The notes beneath the pieces are model-generated. The model made no database searches. It was not told the origin of the DNA and was given only the letters and a program-made list of their open reading frames with translations. The position numbers and the translations under genes were made by a program. A DNA stretch of 62,703 nucleotides, filler included, from Chiloscyllium plagiosum (taxonomy: Eukaryota): assembly GCF_004010195.1 (NCBI RefSeq). It is 3 parts of one record of this genome, joined end to end, with 100 filler letters (N's around TTAATTAATTAA, not from the genome) between each part and the next. Parts side by side here need not be neighbours in the genome. Positions count along the whole stretch, not along the records: positions 54,568 to 62,703 come from NC_057715.1; 2 more parts are not named here. One strand, 5' to 3'. Of the stretch, positions 61,600-62,703 are shown piece after piece (within the stretch, counting starts at the first letter, position 1; each line of letters starts with the position of its first letter).

Positions 61600-62273
61600 C
61601 TGACCACCATAGATTCTACGATCATTTTTCAACCATGTTTATTGCAATTTTGGTACAATTGGGACATTCAGAATTACGTGTAAATACTTATCTCTTTCTG
61701 TCTTGAACCTGTGCTCAAGCCTCTAATCTGTCCAAATGTTGGATATGTTCCCATGTTCCTATGGACTCTAATGGAGGAATCCCATTCTATCCTATTCTCT
61801 TCACTGACTCTGAAATGGCTGAATGGTATGCCTATCAAAATTTCACATCCCGCCCCTCTCCAGGCCCTGGGATGTTCACCAATATCCATATCCTAAAGGG
61901 AGAGGAACCCAGTTCTCGCAAGTTTCGGAACCTGGAGATCTGAAAACCAGTTCCTCACCCGCTTCTCGGTGTAGTACCAGCCCAGCTATGGTCATACTCA
62001 TAATCCTGGCCCTCATTAATACCTCAAATAGAGGCAGATTACAGGGGCCCGTGTGTTTTGTCAACTCCTCCAAAGGGGATTAAGAAATGGGACAGAGCAA
62101 ATACTCTCAGTATTTAAACATCAGAGCCTCATCCAGTCTGTTGACTGATTTTGTTAAAGGCACACTTTCTTCAATCATATCCTGAGGCCATCACCCACTT
62201 CACCCCCTATAATGTTTCATCTGTGCCCATGGAGCATACCCATTGTTCCCCATACTACTGGCTGGGTTCATGC
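61600..62273 (+). pseudogene. env: ERV env signal peptide and SU remnant
   Basis: Hydrophobic MFIAILVQLG, then NTYL; SNLSKCWICSHVPMDSNGGIPFYPI contains the CWIC (CXXC) motif; late FICAHGAYPLFP..YWLGSC motif typical of gamma-type SU. Confidence 0.82.
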
Positions 62274-62274
62274 T

Positions 62275-62703
62275 AGGAGGAGAAAGTGAAGTCTGCAGAT
62301 GCTGGAGATCAGAGCTGAAAATGTGTTGCTGGAAAAGCGCAGCAGGTCAGGCAGCATCCAGGGAACAGGAGAATCGACGTTTTGGGCATAAGCCCTTCTT
62401 CAGGAATGAGGAAAGTTTGTCCAGCAGGCTAAGATAAAAGGTAGGGAGGAGGGACTTGAGGGAGGGGCGTCGGAAATGTGATAGGTGGAAAGAGGTCAAG
62501 GTGAGGGTGATAGGTCAGACGGGGGGGGGGGCGGAGAGGTCAGGAAGAAGAGTGCAGGTTAGGAAGGCGGTGCTGAATTCGATGGATTTGACTGAGACAA
62601 GGTGGGGGGAGGGGAAATGAGGAAACTGGTGAAACCCGCGTTCCTGCCTTGTGGTTGGAGGGTTCCTAGGCAGAAGATGAGGCGCTCTTCCTCCAACCAT
62701 CAT
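62275..62703 (-). mobile_element. Penelope terminal repeat and 3' ORF end (family A), running off the window
   Basis: Same repeat as 61030 and the hairpins at 14988 and 35568; minus strand LEEERLIFCLGTLQP is a PLE endonuclease C-terminus. Confidence 0.85.

Noticed and set aside
49422..62703. Further UGGT2 catalytic exons (IMMLSVL..TK.PVKFW)
   Set aside because: Not found by eye on the + strand; they probably lie in the second gap or beyond the window.

Overview
Repeat-rich genomic DNA from a cartilaginous fish; the HE1-type V-SINEs and CR1/HER1 LINEs point to a shark or ray, but the species cannot be fixed from the sequence. The only host gene is UGGT2 (UDP-glucose:glycoprotein glucosyltransferase 2) on the + strand. 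Five consecutive N-terminal coding exons lie at 2857-22854 and two C-terminal exons leading into the GT24 catalytic domain lie at 44588-49421. The large middle of the gene is missing, most likely lost at a 100-bp scaffold join with an artificial TTAATTAATTAA linker (31008-31107). The introns and downstream DNA hold CR1, RTE and L1/Tx1 LINE relics, many HE1 SINEs, solo LTRs, a pogo/Tigger-like MITE and a decayed PIF/Harbinger transposase. Two things stand out. (i) Several families of Penelope-like elements carry minimal hammerhead-ribozyme cores (CUGANGA-stem II-GAAA-palindrome-NUH), often as ~215-bp fold-back hairpin inserts with 13-15 bp target-site duplications. (ii) A decayed env-bearing endogenous retrovirus at 56.6-62.3 kb has its RNase H-integrase-env SU block on the + strand but its env TM-PPT-3' LTR on the - strand, with opposed Penelope repeats at the apparent breakpoints. 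Most ORFs in the supplied track are spurious or retroelement debris.
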